From the NCBI GenBank assembly GCA_964615275.1, contig CAZTMN010000006.1, positions 868 to 64,867 on the forward strand: a stretch of DNA of 64,000 nt. The letters are read 5' to 3'. The first letter of the stretch is position 1. Each line of letters starts with the position of its first letter. The notes beneath the pieces are model-generated. The model had not been told where the DNA came from and made no database searches. It worked only from the letters and a program-made list of their open reading frames with translations. The position numbers and the translations under genes were made by a program. This DNA comes from an uncultured Beijerinckia sp. (GTDB taxonomy: Bacteria; Pseudomonadota; Alphaproteobacteria; Rhizobiales; Beijerinckiaceae). Below, in pieces: positions 18,962-28,773 of this stretch.

Positions 18962-20290
18962 ATGAGCTCGCTACAATTAGGCTTGATCGGCTTTGTCGTA
19001 CTGTTGGCGCTATTGGCCATTCGCATCCCCATCGCCATTGCGATGCTTAGTGTCGGTTTGACCGGTTATTACATTATTGCCGGCGAGACAGCCCTGTTGA
19101 GTTTCCTGAAGACTCAAACTTATTGGGCGTTCACCAGTGATTCTCTTTCGGTTGTTCCGCTGTTCATCCTGATGGGCCAGTTCGCGTCCAAGGCAGGACT
19201 TAGCACGGCCCTGTTCCGTGCCGCCAACGTCTGGCTCGGCCACCATCGCGGCGGCATTGCCATGGCCGCCGTTGGCGGTTGCGCGGGCTTTGGCGCAATC
19301 ACCGGATCCTCGCTCGCGACCGCAGCCACGATGGGCCAGGTTGCCCTGCCGGAGTTGCGGCGCTTCAATTATTCTGGCGGTCTTTCGACCGCGTGTCTCG
19401 CGGCCGGCGGTACGCTCGGCATCTTGATTCCGCCGTCGATCGTTCTGATCATCTTCGCCGTCATGGTCGAAGCGAATGTCGCCACGCTGTTTCAGGCTGC
19501 GTTCATTCCCGGCGTACTCGCCGCTATCGGATACATAATCGCTATCGCCATCGTTGTCCGTGTCAATCCCGATGCCGGGCCGGCCGGACCGCGCGAACCC
19601 TATTCGGTGCGCTTCCGCGCCCTGCTTGATATCTGGCCGGTGCTGTTGATTTTCCTGCTGGTCATGGGCGGTATTTACGCCGGCATCTTCACGCCGACGG
19701 AAGGCGCGGCGGTTGGAGCCATCGGGACTTTCATCATTGCTGTCACGGCCGGCGGCATGCGCACCCACGGCTTTCTTGAGGCCTTGCTTGAAACAGCGCA
19801 GACGACCGGCATGATTTTTCTGATCCTGTTGGGCGCGACGATCTTCAACGCGTTTCTGGGATTTTCCCAGTTGCCGATATTCGCCGCGGACTTCTTCCAG
19901 AATTCCGGCATGTCGCCTTATACCGTTTTGTTTGGAATGATCGTTTTGTACATCGTGCTCGGGATGGTGATGGATTCCTTGTCGATGATCCTGCTGACCA
20001 TCCCGATATTCTGGCCAATCATCATGGGGCTTGAGGGGGGCTTCCCGGTGCAGGGGGAAGACCTGAAAATCTGGTTCGGCATAATTACGCTGATTGTCGT
20101 TGAAATGGGATTGATTACCCCGCCGGTCGGGCTGAACGTTTTCGTAATCAACTCCATGGCCAAGGATGTGCCGATGATTGAAACCTTCAAGGGCGTAATT
20201 CCCTTCCTTGCGTCAGATTTCATTCGCGTCGGTATTTTGATTGCCGCGCCAATATTGGTCCTGTTCCTGCCACGGCTCGTGGCCGGGTAA
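18962..20290 (+). CDS. dctM: TRAP transporter large permease
   Basis: PLFILMG, GGTLGILIPPS, TPTEGAA and ITPPVGLNVF. Confidence 0.93.
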   Translation: MSSLQLGLIGFVVLLALLAIRIPIAIAMLSVGLTGYYIIAGETALLSFLKTQTYWAFTSDSLSVVPLFILMGQFASKAGLSTALFRAANVWLGHHRGGIAMAAVGGCAGFGAITGSSLATAATMGQVALPELRRFNYSGGLSTACLAAGGTLGILIPPSIVLIIFAVMVEANVATLFQAAFIPGVLAAIGYIIAIAIVVRVNPDAGPAGPREPYSVRFRALLDIWPVLLIFLLVMGGIYAGIFTPTEGAAVGAIGTFIIAVTAGGMRTHGFLEALLETAQTTGMIFLILLGATIFNAFLGFSQLPIFAADFFQNSGMSPYTVLFGMIVLYIVLGMVMDSLSMILLTIPIFWPIIMGLEGGFPVQGEDLKIWFGIITLIVVEMGLITPPVGLNVFVINSMAKDVPMIETFKGVIPFLASDFIRVGILIAAPILVLFLPRLVAG

Positions 20291-20465
20291 CACGCTTCAC
20301 TCGCGTCTCACCTTCTTGTGTGCAAAGCATGTACGGGGACACAATGCGCTCGCGGCTGTGTGATTGGCGTCACGCGCGTGTAATTGGCAAGTGAAAAAAA
20401 ACTTCTGGCTATATCGCTCCTGTCGAAACCGGGAACACACCCGAACTCAAAACAGGAGAAAGAAC

Positions 20466-20714
20466 ATGAAGTCTGCAACCAAAATCATCGCTGCCGCTGT
20501 CGTTGCCATGGGCGTAAGCGGCTTGTCCGCGCCGGCGTTTGCCGATGCCGACGATTATGGCCAGCATGTCTATACGAAGGAAAGCCAGTCGCGGTTTGCG
20601 CCTCCCGGCCTCTCCGGCGAAGCGGTCCGGGCGCTGAATGCCTCAAAGACCGGCATTGCACTCGGACGCGATCGCCTGTTCAGTTCGATCGACATGGAAC
20701 ACAAGGCGTACTGA
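20466..20714 (+). CDS. Small exported hypothetical protein (82 aa)
   Basis: RBS AGGAG, signal peptide MKSATKIIAAAVVAMGVSGLSAPAFA, and its own terminator downstream. Confidence 0.7.
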   Translation: MKSATKIIAAAVVAMGVSGLSAPAFADADDYGQHVYTKESQSRFAPPGLSGEAVRALNASKTGIALGRDRLFSSIDMEHKAY

Positions 20715-20760
20715 GCGACGATGCAAACCTGCGGTCGCAGGGCGTACCTTTCCAGTCCGG

Positions 20761-20794
20761 ACAGGGTTCTGAAATTTCAGAACCCTGTTTTTTT
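20761..20794 (+). terminator. Intrinsic terminator (perfect 28-bp palindrome plus T7)
   Basis: ACAGGGTTCTGAAA|TTTCAGAACCCTGT running into a T-tract. Confidence 0.85.
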
Positions 20795-20925
20795 GGTGCG
20801 ACCGGCAATATCCGGTTCCGTGTGCCGTTAGAGCCGGATTTGTTCTTGACGCCGGCATGTCATCGGGTCCACATTTCATTAGATGCCGAAGAAAAGTCAG
20901 ACCCTTGTGCTGACGCAAAACGGGC

Positions 20926-21723
20926 ATGGAAATTTTGCTGGAGGACGCTTTGGAACGGAGCACCATCGACATCGCTGGTTGTGAGATAGAACTGCATCAA
21001 AAAGGAAGCAGCGCGCCTTTGCTGTTCCTGCATTCGGCAGGCGGTTTCCGGCCCGATGAAGCCTTTGTTGATCTGCTTGCTGCCGATCGCAAACTGATCT
21101 GCCCGTCGCATCCGGGCTTTGGCAGGTCGGCACTGCCGGACTGGATCGACAACGTCGACGACATCGCCCACATCTATCTTGAGTTGATGGACCGGCTGGG
21201 GCTGGCGAAGGTCGACGTTATCGGCTGTTCGCTCGGTGGCTGGATTACGGCGGAAATGATAACCAAGGCGCCAGAGCGGTTTGGCAAGATCATTCTTGTT
21301 GCTCCGGTAGGCGTAAAGACCGGTCCCGCGGATAAACTCGACATTCCTGATCTCTTCACGATGGCGCCGCCGGACGTGCAGAAACTCATGTTCCACAATC
21401 CGGAAAAATTCGCCGTCGACTTTTCCAAACTTCCTGACGAAGCGCTCGCGATCATGGTGCGCAATCGTGAATCGCTGGCCTTGCTCGCCTGGGAGCCGTA
21501 CATGCACAACCCCAAACTGCCGCACCGGCTGCACCGGGTTTCGTCGCCGGCCCTGTTTTTGCGTGGGGAAAGCGATGGCCTGGTAAGCGGCGAATATGTC
21601 GATTCCTACGCCGGTCTGGTGCCGGGCGCGGCGGTCAAGACGATACCGGAGGCCGGCCATGCGCTCACAACTGAGCAACCCGGGGCGTTTGCAGCGGCGG
21701 TAAAGGAATTCCTCGCCGGCTAA
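20926..21723 (+). CDS. Alpha/beta fold hydrolase
   Basis: LLFLHSAGG, HPGFG, nucleophile elbow GCSLGG, RGESDG and EAGH. Confidence 0.88.
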   Translation: MEILLEDALERSTIDIAGCEIELHQKGSSAPLLFLHSAGGFRPDEAFVDLLAADRKLICPSHPGFGRSALPDWIDNVDDIAHIYLELMDRLGLAKVDVIGCSLGGWITAEMITKAPERFGKIILVAPVGVKTGPADKLDIPDLFTMAPPDVQKLMFHNPEKFAVDFSKLPDEALAIMVRNRESLALLAWEPYMHNPKLPHRLHRVSSPALFLRGESDGLVSGEYVDSYAGLVPGAAVKTIPEAGHALTTEQPGAFAAAVKEFLAG

Positions 21724-21797
21724 GACGCAACACGTATGGGAAACGGGCTGGCGTCCGCCAGTCCGCACAAAAGATTAGTGGTTCTTGGAGGGCAACG

Positions 21798-23075
21798 ATG
21801 CAAGCCTGGCATTTTAGTGAGACCGCATATCCCTATCTACCGCCGCAGGATTCGTATCCGTCGATCCGGGTCAGCCTGCCGAACAAGCATTACGATCCGC
21901 AAAAAGGCGCCGATCTCTGGGATCGCTATTTGAAGGAATGGCAGATTGCGGAGGAGGAGGGCCTGGACATCATGTTCAACGAGCATCACCAGACCGCGAC
22001 TTGCGTTGATCCGGCTGCGCCACTGATCATGGCCGCGCTGGCCCGGCTGACATCCAAGGCGCGGCTTCTTATTCTTGGCAATCCGATCGCCAATCGCCGC
22101 CAGCCGATCCGCGTTGCTGAGGAAATGGCAATGGTCGATGTGTTGTCGCGCGGCCGCGTCGAGGCGGGCTTTGTGCGCGGCGTGCCCTATGAAATTTCGC
22201 CGGCCAACAGCAATCCAGTCCGTATGAACGAGCGGTTCTGGGAAGCGCTTGAACTGATCGTCAAGGCCTGGAAGAATCATGATGGCCCATTCAGCCACGA
22301 AGGCCGGTTCTTCCATCACCGCAATATCAATATCTGGCCGCGGCAATGGCAGGATCCGCATCCGCCGGTGTGGGTTTCGACGACCAGTACCGGTGGCGCC
22401 CGTCAGGTTGGCGAGCACGGATTTATTCAGGCGACTTTCCTGACCGGGTATCAGGCGACAAAACGTGTATTTGAAGCCTACCGTGAAGGCTGGCGCTCGG
22501 CTGGTCTGGGAAATGATGTGCCGAACGATCGCCTTGCCTATGCGGCGCTGGTGTATGTCGGGGAAACGGAAGCGGAGGCCCATGCCGGCGCAGAAAAGCT
22601 CCTGTGGTATGTCACCGCCAACAAGGTTGCGCCGCAATATGCCAATCCGCCCGGTTATGTGCCCGTGGAGGCCAACGTTCAAATGATGCGCGGTGCGGAG
22701 CATCCCTTGAGCGCGTTCGCAAAGGCCGCCAATGTGGAAGCTGCCATTCGTGCCGGCTTCATGTTCGCAGGTACGCCTGATCAGGTGTACGAGCAGATCA
22801 AGCGCCACTACGAATACGTCGGCGGTTACGGGCATCTGCTCAACATGGGCCAGGCCGGCTTTCTGGAGCACGACGATTCGGTCAAGGGTATCCGCATGTT
22901 CGGGCGTGAAGTTTACCCGCGCCTGAAGGAGGCGTTCCCAAAGACGACGATATCAGGCCAGTTTGGTGATGTGCCGCCCGAGCCGCCGGAAACGGCAATT
23001 CTGAAATCGTCGGACAAGGGAATTGACCTGACAGCGAAAGGCCCGCTGGCCACGGCGCTCGGGGCGGGCCGCTGA
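21798..23075 (+). CDS. LLM class (luciferase-like) flavin-dependent monooxygenase
   Basis: MFNEHH, PIRVAEEMAMVDVLSRGRVEAGFVRG, PHPPVWV and AGTPDQV. Confidence 0.9.
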   Translation: MQAWHFSETAYPYLPPQDSYPSIRVSLPNKHYDPQKGADLWDRYLKEWQIAEEEGLDIMFNEHHQTATCVDPAAPLIMAALARLTSKARLLILGNPIANRRQPIRVAEEMAMVDVLSRGRVEAGFVRGVPYEISPANSNPVRMNERFWEALELIVKAWKNHDGPFSHEGRFFHHRNINIWPRQWQDPHPPVWVSTTSTGGARQVGEHGFIQATFLTGYQATKRVFEAYREGWRSAGLGNDVPNDRLAYAALVYVGETEAEAHAGAEKLLWYVTANKVAPQYANPPGYVPVEANVQMMRGAEHPLSAFAKAANVEAAIRAGFMFAGTPDQVYEQIKRHYEYVGGYGHLLNMGQAGFLEHDDSVKGIRMFGREVYPRLKEAFPKTTISGQFGDVPPEPPETAILKSSDKGIDLTAKGPLATALGAGR

Positions 23076-23286
23076 TCGGGGCGGTGGTCCCGGCCGTCAT
23101 AGAGCTTTACTGGCCCAGCCATGTTCGCTAGCCTCAAGGTGCTGCGTGTCGTGGGAAGCGCGATGGGCGGGTTAGAAGATGGCGCGACTGCCCGGGTTAA
23201 ACTGCGGGACAAACAGCGTTGAGCAGGCATTTCCGGTTCCGTCAATTTTGCCGATGCCGGTTGCACCAAAACAAATGGGAGTAAAC

Positions 23287-24273
23287 ATGGCATACAGACA
23301 ACCAGGGAAATTTGTCCTCGCCGCCTAGGCGGCGGTTGCGCTGACCGGGCCCAGTATAGCCAAGGACGTCAAACTTCTTGCCAGCTGGTCGCTTGCGAAC
23401 AAGGGTACCTACCTCAGCGAAAAAACTTTCATCAAGCTTGTGAGCGAGACCTCCAAGGGCAAACTCACAGTCAAGCGCAGCGGTCCGGAAGTTGTGCCGG
23501 GATTTCAGCAAATCCAGCCAGTGAAAGCCGGTGTGTTCGACCTGTTGTTGACGCACGGCGCCTATCACTACGGCACCATCGGCATTGGCGTGGCGATGGA
23601 CGCGATCAATGGCGATCCCGTTAAGCGCCGCAGCACCGGTATCTGGGATGCTGTTGACAAATTGTACAACAAGCAGGGTTTGAAGATGATCGCGATGGTG
23701 CCGCAAGGCAAGTCCGGCTATCAGATGATCCCGAAGAAACCGATCACAAAGGCTGGCGATATCAAGGGCCTGAAGATTCGCGGGACAATTACATATCATC
23801 CGCTGATCAAGGCATTTGGTGGATCGCCCGTTGTTATTCCCGGTGGCCAGGTTTACTCCGCACTCGAAAAGGGCGTGGTCGATGGCGCCTGCTGGCCGAC
23901 CGTCGGTCCGCTTGACCTGAAATGGACCGAAGTGACGAAGTATTACGTTCGGCCATCATTCGGTGTCAGTACGCTTCTGATTCTCGCCAACATGAGCAAG
24001 TTCAAGGCTCTGAGTGCTGACGAACAGAAGGCGTTGCTTGAGGCCGGCAAGAAACTGGAAACGACGATTTACGCGGATTTCGACAAACTGGCTGCGGAGG
24101 AAGAAGCTGGCTACAAGAAAGCAGGCATGAAAGAAGTGCGCTTTTCCAAGGCCAACGAGGCGCGGATTGGCGGATTGTGGTCGCAGGGCATCTGGGGCCT
24201 GGTCAAGAAAAAACATCCCAAGGAAGCGGCTGCGCTGCAGAAGCTCGTGAACGACAAGAAGATGGGCATGTAA
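23287..24273 (+). pseudogene. dctP: TRAP substrate-binding protein interrupted by an in-frame TAG at codon 14 (23326-23328)
   Basis: ATG at 23287 with RBS GGGAG reads MAYRQPGKFVLAA*AAVALTGPSIAKDVKLLASW and continues in frame into the GTG ORF at 23440 (GLKIRG, ALEKGVVDG). Confidence 0.8.
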
Positions 24274-24286
24274 GGCACCGGTCTTC

Positions 24287-24310
24287 CAGGGCGGCGTCAG
24301 CGCCGCCCTG
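24287..24310 (+). other. GC-rich intergenic hairpin after the TRAP SBP gene
   Basis: CAGGGCGGCG-TCAG-CGCCGCCCTG with no immediate U-tract. Possibly an mRNA-stabilising element. Confidence 0.5.
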
Positions 24311-24354
24311 CATTATGGGAACCGGGCTTTTCCTTTTTAGCTGGGGTTCGATTC

Positions 24355-24882
24355 ATGAGCGATGCCAATGAACATCGCCCGGCGGCGTGGTATGACCGGC
24401 TGCTCAACGGCTTGATAGAATTAAGTGCAGTTTTCGCCACCCTCGGCCTGGGTGCGATTGTTGTCATGTACAGTATCGAAATTTTTTCGCGCTATTTCCT
24501 GAATGCTCCGACCACCTGGGCGAGCGACTTCATTGTTTTTACCCTGTGCGCATCGATCTTCATGATGATGCCGGAAATTACGCGCTCTGGCGGCCATGTC
24601 GCGGTCACGCTCCTGACGGATTTGCTGCCACCCGGGGGACGTGCGGTCTCCCGTCGCCTGCTTGCCCTGGTCGGGTTTTGTGTCTGCGTGTTTGCCACCT
24701 ACATCAGTCTCCAGGAAAACGTCCGCCAGTATGTTGAAGGCTTGACGACTGTCACAACGATTACGACGCCCAAGTGGATGATTACGATTTTTATTACCTA
24801 TGGCCTTGCGGTCTCGGCGCTGGAATTTTTTCGTCAGGCGCTTTCAACAACACCGCCGTCCAGTGCGTCGGTAATAGGTTAG
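24355..24882 (+). CDS. dctQ: TRAP transporter small permease
   Basis: SRYFLNAPTTWA, GGHVAV and four TM segments. Confidence 0.88.
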   Translation: MSDANEHRPAAWYDRLLNGLIELSAVFATLGLGAIVVMYSIEIFSRYFLNAPTTWASDFIVFTLCASIFMMMPEITRSGGHVAVTLLTDLLPPGGRAVSRRLLALVGFCVCVFATYISLQENVRQYVEGLTTVTTITTPKWMITIFITYGLAVSALEFFRQALSTTPPSSASVIG

Positions 24883-24892
24883 GTGAACGATC

Positions 24893-26206
24893 ATGCTGAC
24901 CGGAATTACCGCCGTAGTTGTCGCAATCGCAGTTCTGCTTGGATTGTTCGCGCTTGGATTGCCGATTGTCGTGGCGTTTCTGCTGGCCAACCTGGTCGGC
25001 GTTCTCATGCTTATGGGCCCGCCCGGCTTCGGCATGTTCGCCAACTCGATCTACGATACTGCAACGACCGTAGAGCTCGCTACGATTCCGCTGTTTCTGC
25101 TTGTGGGCGAATTGCTGTTTCGGGGCAGGGCGATCGACGTGCTGTTTGAATCGGTCGATACCCTGGTCAGCAAGATGCGCGGCCGGCAATATGTTTTGAC
25201 AATGTTGTTGTCGGTGATATTCGCCGCATTGTCCGGTGCCGCAATGGGCGTGGCGGCAATGCTGGGCAGATCGGTGCTGCCTGGAATGCAAAAACGCGGC
25301 TATGATGCGAAGCTCTCCGCAGGCGCGATACTGGCAGGCGCCTCGCTGGCGCCGATCATACCGCCCAGTGTTCTGGCGATTATCATCGGAACCCTTGCCG
25401 GGGTTTCCATTTCAGGTTTGTTGATAGCCGGAATCATACCCGGCCTGATCCTCGCAGCTTTGTTCTTCGTCTATATTTACGGCCGGATGTTGCTCAATCC
25501 TGCGCTTGCACCGGCGGAAGCAGACGACGGTGGCCGCAATGCCGGCTGGAAGGACAAGCTGTGGTCGATCGCACGCCTCGCGCCGTTCAGCCTGATCATC
25601 ATTACGATCATGGGCTTTATTTTACTTGGTATTACGACCCCGTCAGAATCAGCGGCGACAGGTGTAATCGGCGCATTGCTGGCAGCATTGCTTTACCGCA
25701 AACTGTCGCTGCGCATGGTCTGGGACTCCCTGCGTTCTTCCATGGGGGTCGCCTCGATGATCCTCGTCATTATGGCAAGCTCGAAAATGTTCGGCCAGTT
25801 CTTGGCGTTCACTGGCGGGACAACCGCTTTGACAGCCATGGTTGCCGCGCTTGATTGGCATCCCGCGGCAATGTTTTTCATCATGATGTTTTTCCCGTTC
25901 ATCGTGTGTATGTTTATCGACCAGATTGCCCTGATGTTGATCGTTATCCCGATCTACAAACCGTTGATCGCGGCGTTTGGATTCGATCCGATCTGGTTTT
26001 GGCTGATTTTCCTGATCAACATCACCATAGGCGGGATGACGCCGCCCTTTGGATACACCTTGTTTGCACTCAAGGGCGCCGCGCCGCAGCTCAAACTGGG
26101 AGATGTGTTTTCGGCCGCCTGGCCATTCGTGCTTTTGTTCATTATCGGAATCGTCATCCTTTGGGCGTTTCCGGGTCTGGTCACCTACCTTCCGGGCAAG
26201 CTATAA
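24893..26206 (+). CDS. dctM: TRAP transporter large permease
   Basis: TIPLFLLVG, LAPIIPPS, TTPSESAA and MTPPFG. Confidence 0.92.
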   Translation: MLTGITAVVVAIAVLLGLFALGLPIVVAFLLANLVGVLMLMGPPGFGMFANSIYDTATTVELATIPLFLLVGELLFRGRAIDVLFESVDTLVSKMRGRQYVLTMLLSVIFAALSGAAMGVAAMLGRSVLPGMQKRGYDAKLSAGAILAGASLAPIIPPSVLAIIIGTLAGVSISGLLIAGIIPGLILAALFFVYIYGRMLLNPALAPAEADDGGRNAGWKDKLWSIARLAPFSLIIITIMGFILLGITTPSESAATGVIGALLAALLYRKLSLRMVWDSLRSSMGVASMILVIMASSKMFGQFLAFTGGTTALTAMVAALDWHPAAMFFIMMFFPFIVCMFIDQIALMLIVIPIYKPLIAAFGFDPIWFWLIFLINITIGGMTPPFGYTLFALKGAAPQLKLGDVFSAAWPFVLLFIIGIVILWAFPGLVTYLPGKL

Positions 26207-26444
26207 GACCGGGAGAAGCGTTATCGGCCCTGCCACGGCGTTGCCGGGAGCACAGGACACGGCTATTGCGTTCCATCGATCTGAATACTTGAAGTTCCGA
26301 TTTTGGTATTCGCGGCGATGAGTAAACGTGCCACATCATGGATCCGGAGTCGGAAGACGCTTCTGCAATATCGCGAGCGGCTCTGGTGCGAGGTATCGGA
26401 AATTAGGGTCGGCGGCGCATTCTGCGTCCAATTTTTGAGGAAAA

Positions 26445-27425
26445 ATGATGCATACACGAACGCTTGGCAAGGACAAGGCTGCACTTCAGGTGCCCGCGGT
26501 CGGGTTGGGCTGCATGAGCATGACACCAATCTACGGCACTCCGGATCCGCAATCCGCAATCGCGACCATGCACCGGGCCATGGAACTGGGCGTTGCGTTT
26601 CTTGATACCGCTGATGCATATGCGGGCGGCAAGAATGAGGAACTCGTCGGACAAGCCATAAAGGGCAAACGCGACAAGGTTATCCTGGCCACGAAGTTCG
26701 GCAATTTCGGCGTCAAGGGCGCCAACGGCCGGCCTGAATATGTCGTCGAAGCCTGCGACAAGAGCTTGCAGCGCCTGGGAGTCGACGAGATCGATCTCTA
26801 TTACCAGCATCGCATCGATGCAGGTGTACCGGTCGAAGAGACGGTTGGCGCTATGTCGCGCCTCGTCGAACAGGGCAAGGTGCGCTACCTTGGCCTGTCG
26901 GAGGCTTCGGAAAACACCATCCGCAAGGCCCATGCGACCCATCCGATTACGGCGCTGCAAACCGAATACTCGCTGTTCACCCGCATTGTCGAAGACGATG
27001 TGCTGCCTGCCTGCCGGGAACTCGGCATCGGCTTTGTGGCCTATTCGCCGCTTGGCCGCGGTTTTCTGACTGGCACCATTTCCGGCGCCGGCGATCTTGC
27101 CGAAAATGACAGGCGCAAGGAGCATCCGCGATATCAGGAAGGAAATATCGAGAACAATGCTGGCCTGGTGAACCCGCTGCGTGACCTGGCTGCCAAGGCG
27201 GGGATATCGCCGGGCCAACTGGCGCTGGCGTGGCTTTTGTCGCGCGGCGACGATGTCGTGCCGATCCCCGGCACATCCAAAGCGGCACGGCTGGAAGAGA
27301 ACATCAAGGCCGCCGATATCACAGTTGACCCGGCGTTGCTGGATGAATTGGGAGCAGCCATCGATCCGCAACGCGTCAGCGGAACCCGTTATCCGCAGGC
27401 CCAGATGGCGTTTGTCGGCGTCTGA
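26445..27425 (+). CDS. Aldo/keto reductase
   Basis: GLGCMSM, DTADAY, ATKFG, DLYYQHRID, VAYSPLGRG and PIPGT. Confidence 0.93.
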   Translation: MMHTRTLGKDKAALQVPAVGLGCMSMTPIYGTPDPQSAIATMHRAMELGVAFLDTADAYAGGKNEELVGQAIKGKRDKVILATKFGNFGVKGANGRPEYVVEACDKSLQRLGVDEIDLYYQHRIDAGVPVEETVGAMSRLVEQGKVRYLGLSEASENTIRKAHATHPITALQTEYSLFTRIVEDDVLPACRELGIGFVAYSPLGRGFLTGTISGAGDLAENDRRKEHPRYQEGNIENNAGLVNPLRDLAAKAGISPGQLALAWLLSRGDDVVPIPGTSKAARLEENIKAADITVDPALLDELGAAIDPQRVSGTRYPQAQMAFVGV

Positions 27426-27449
27426 GGCCGGTTTCCTGAGGCCGGTTTC
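27422..27449. repeat. 14-bp tandem duplication spanning the AKR stop codon
   Basis: CTGAGGCCGGTTTC twice, exact. Confidence 0.8.
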
Positions 27450-27484
27450 CGGATGTCGCAGGCACGGCCCCCGATTGTACCGGT

Positions 27485-28651
27485 CTAATCCGGTCCGGTG
27501 CGCCCGTCGTTGGCCGCTTCAGCGTCGCCGTTTTCGTCGACGCTCAGCAAGTGCCCGGCGCGTTCGCGTTTGGCCGACAGGTAGCGGACGTTGAAGTCGT
27601 TAAGGCGCCCCTCGATCCGCTGTTCGGCGGCAACGTCGAGGCCCGCGGATTTTAACGCTGCAATCTTGGTGGGGTTGTTTGTCATGATCCGCACCGCTTT
27701 CACCCCCAGCTGGTGCAGCATGCCGGCTGCGAAATCGAACAATCGCTGGTCGCGATCGAAGCCAATCACCTCGTCGGCATCGTATGTGTCGAGGCCGGTG
27801 GCTTGCAGCCGGTAAGCCCGGATCTTGTTGGACAAGCCATTACCGCGGCCTTCCTGGTCCAGATACAGCAGAATGCCGCCGCCGTTGTCCGACATGAATT
27901 TGACCGTCTCGCGCAATTGGTCGCCGCAATCGCATTTCAAACTGCCAAACAGGTCTCCTGTCAGGCAGGCCGAGTGCAGGCGGACGGTCACCGGCTTGCT
28001 CATGTCCGGTTCGCCAACAATTATCGCCACCTGGTCGCGCATTCCCTCGCCGCCGCGAAAGACCACGAATTCTGTATTGTTGGCGTCCTCAAGCGGCACG
28101 GCGGCGCGTGATATAAGCTCGAGCTCTGTTGATTGCTTGCTGCGATAGGCAAGGACGTCGTTGGCCTCGGCAAGCAGCGGATCAAACTGCGGCAGCACGT
28201 TGGCGGAAACTGGCACCACGAGTACGGATGGGTGAACAAGCGCCAAATGGACCAGTTCCAGGGCGGCGAGATCCAGTTTTGAAGCGTTGGCCACTGGAGC
28301 GTCGAACCGCGCCCCCTGCTCCATTGCCAGCATTGCCAGCCGTTCCATATCGATACGGGGCGCGGCGATCACGCCTGGCTTTGCCCGGTCAAAGCCCAGC
28401 CTGCGCAGCCTGGGGGCAGGCAGAACCAGCCTTGGAGTCCGGCGGGCAACCGCTTCCAGTTGCCTGGCCAGCCTCATCGACAGGGCTTCAACGCCAAGCA
28501 CAAGCACATAACTGCGGCCCGAGCGGATCGCTGCGACGCGGCCTGCGCGGATCTCCGCGATGGCCCGCTCAACAGCGATCATGCCGCCGTTATCCGGTGA
28601 AACCCTGGTGCTATCGTCGGTTTTTCTGGAATTTTCTTGATGCTCTGACAC
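27485..28651 (-). CDS. ribA: GTP cyclohydrolase II with a degenerate RibB-like N-terminal domain
   Basis: RLHSACLTGDLFGSLKCDCG, QEGRG, NKIRAY, TNNPTK and RAGHLL. Confidence 0.9.
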   Translation of the reverse strand: MSEHQENSRKTDDSTRVSPDNGGMIAVERAIAEIRAGRVAAIRSGRSYVLVLGVEALSMRLARQLEAVARRTPRLVLPAPRLRRLGFDRAKPGVIAAPRIDMERLAMLAMEQGARFDAPVANASKLDLAALELVHLALVHPSVLVVPVSANVLPQFDPLLAEANDVLAYRSKQSTELELISRAAVPLEDANNTEFVVFRGGEGMRDQVAIIVGEPDMSKPVTVRLHSACLTGDLFGSLKCDCGDQLRETVKFMSDNGGGILLYLDQEGRGNGLSNKIRAYRLQATGLDTYDADEVIGFDRDQRLFDFAAGMLHQLGVKAVRIMTNNPTKIAALKSAGLDVAAEQRIEGRLNDFNVRYLSAKRERAGHLLSVDENGDAEAANDGRTGPD

Positions 28652-28773
28652 TACAACCTCAAGCTGCTGGAGCCATGTTTCTTCACAGCTCCTGATCTAG
28701 ATAGCACGGTAGCGTGTTCCAGCATCCCGGCATCAATAAATTCTGCCACACTTTTTTGTGACGGAATATACCT

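Noticed and set aside
23326-23328. TAG as a pyrrolysine or programmed readthrough codon
   Set aside because: There are no pyl genes in the window, and the position is in the hydrophobic core of a signal peptide, where Leu fits. A nonsense change or error is simpler.
27422-27449. 14-bp duplication as an insertion target-site scar
   Set aside because: The copies are directly adjacent with nothing between them and there are no mobile genes nearby. Most likely replication slippage.
28652-28773. FMN riboswitch between ribA and ribD
   Set aside because: The region is short and AT-rich and lacks the conserved RFN sequences. It looks like a divergent promoter.
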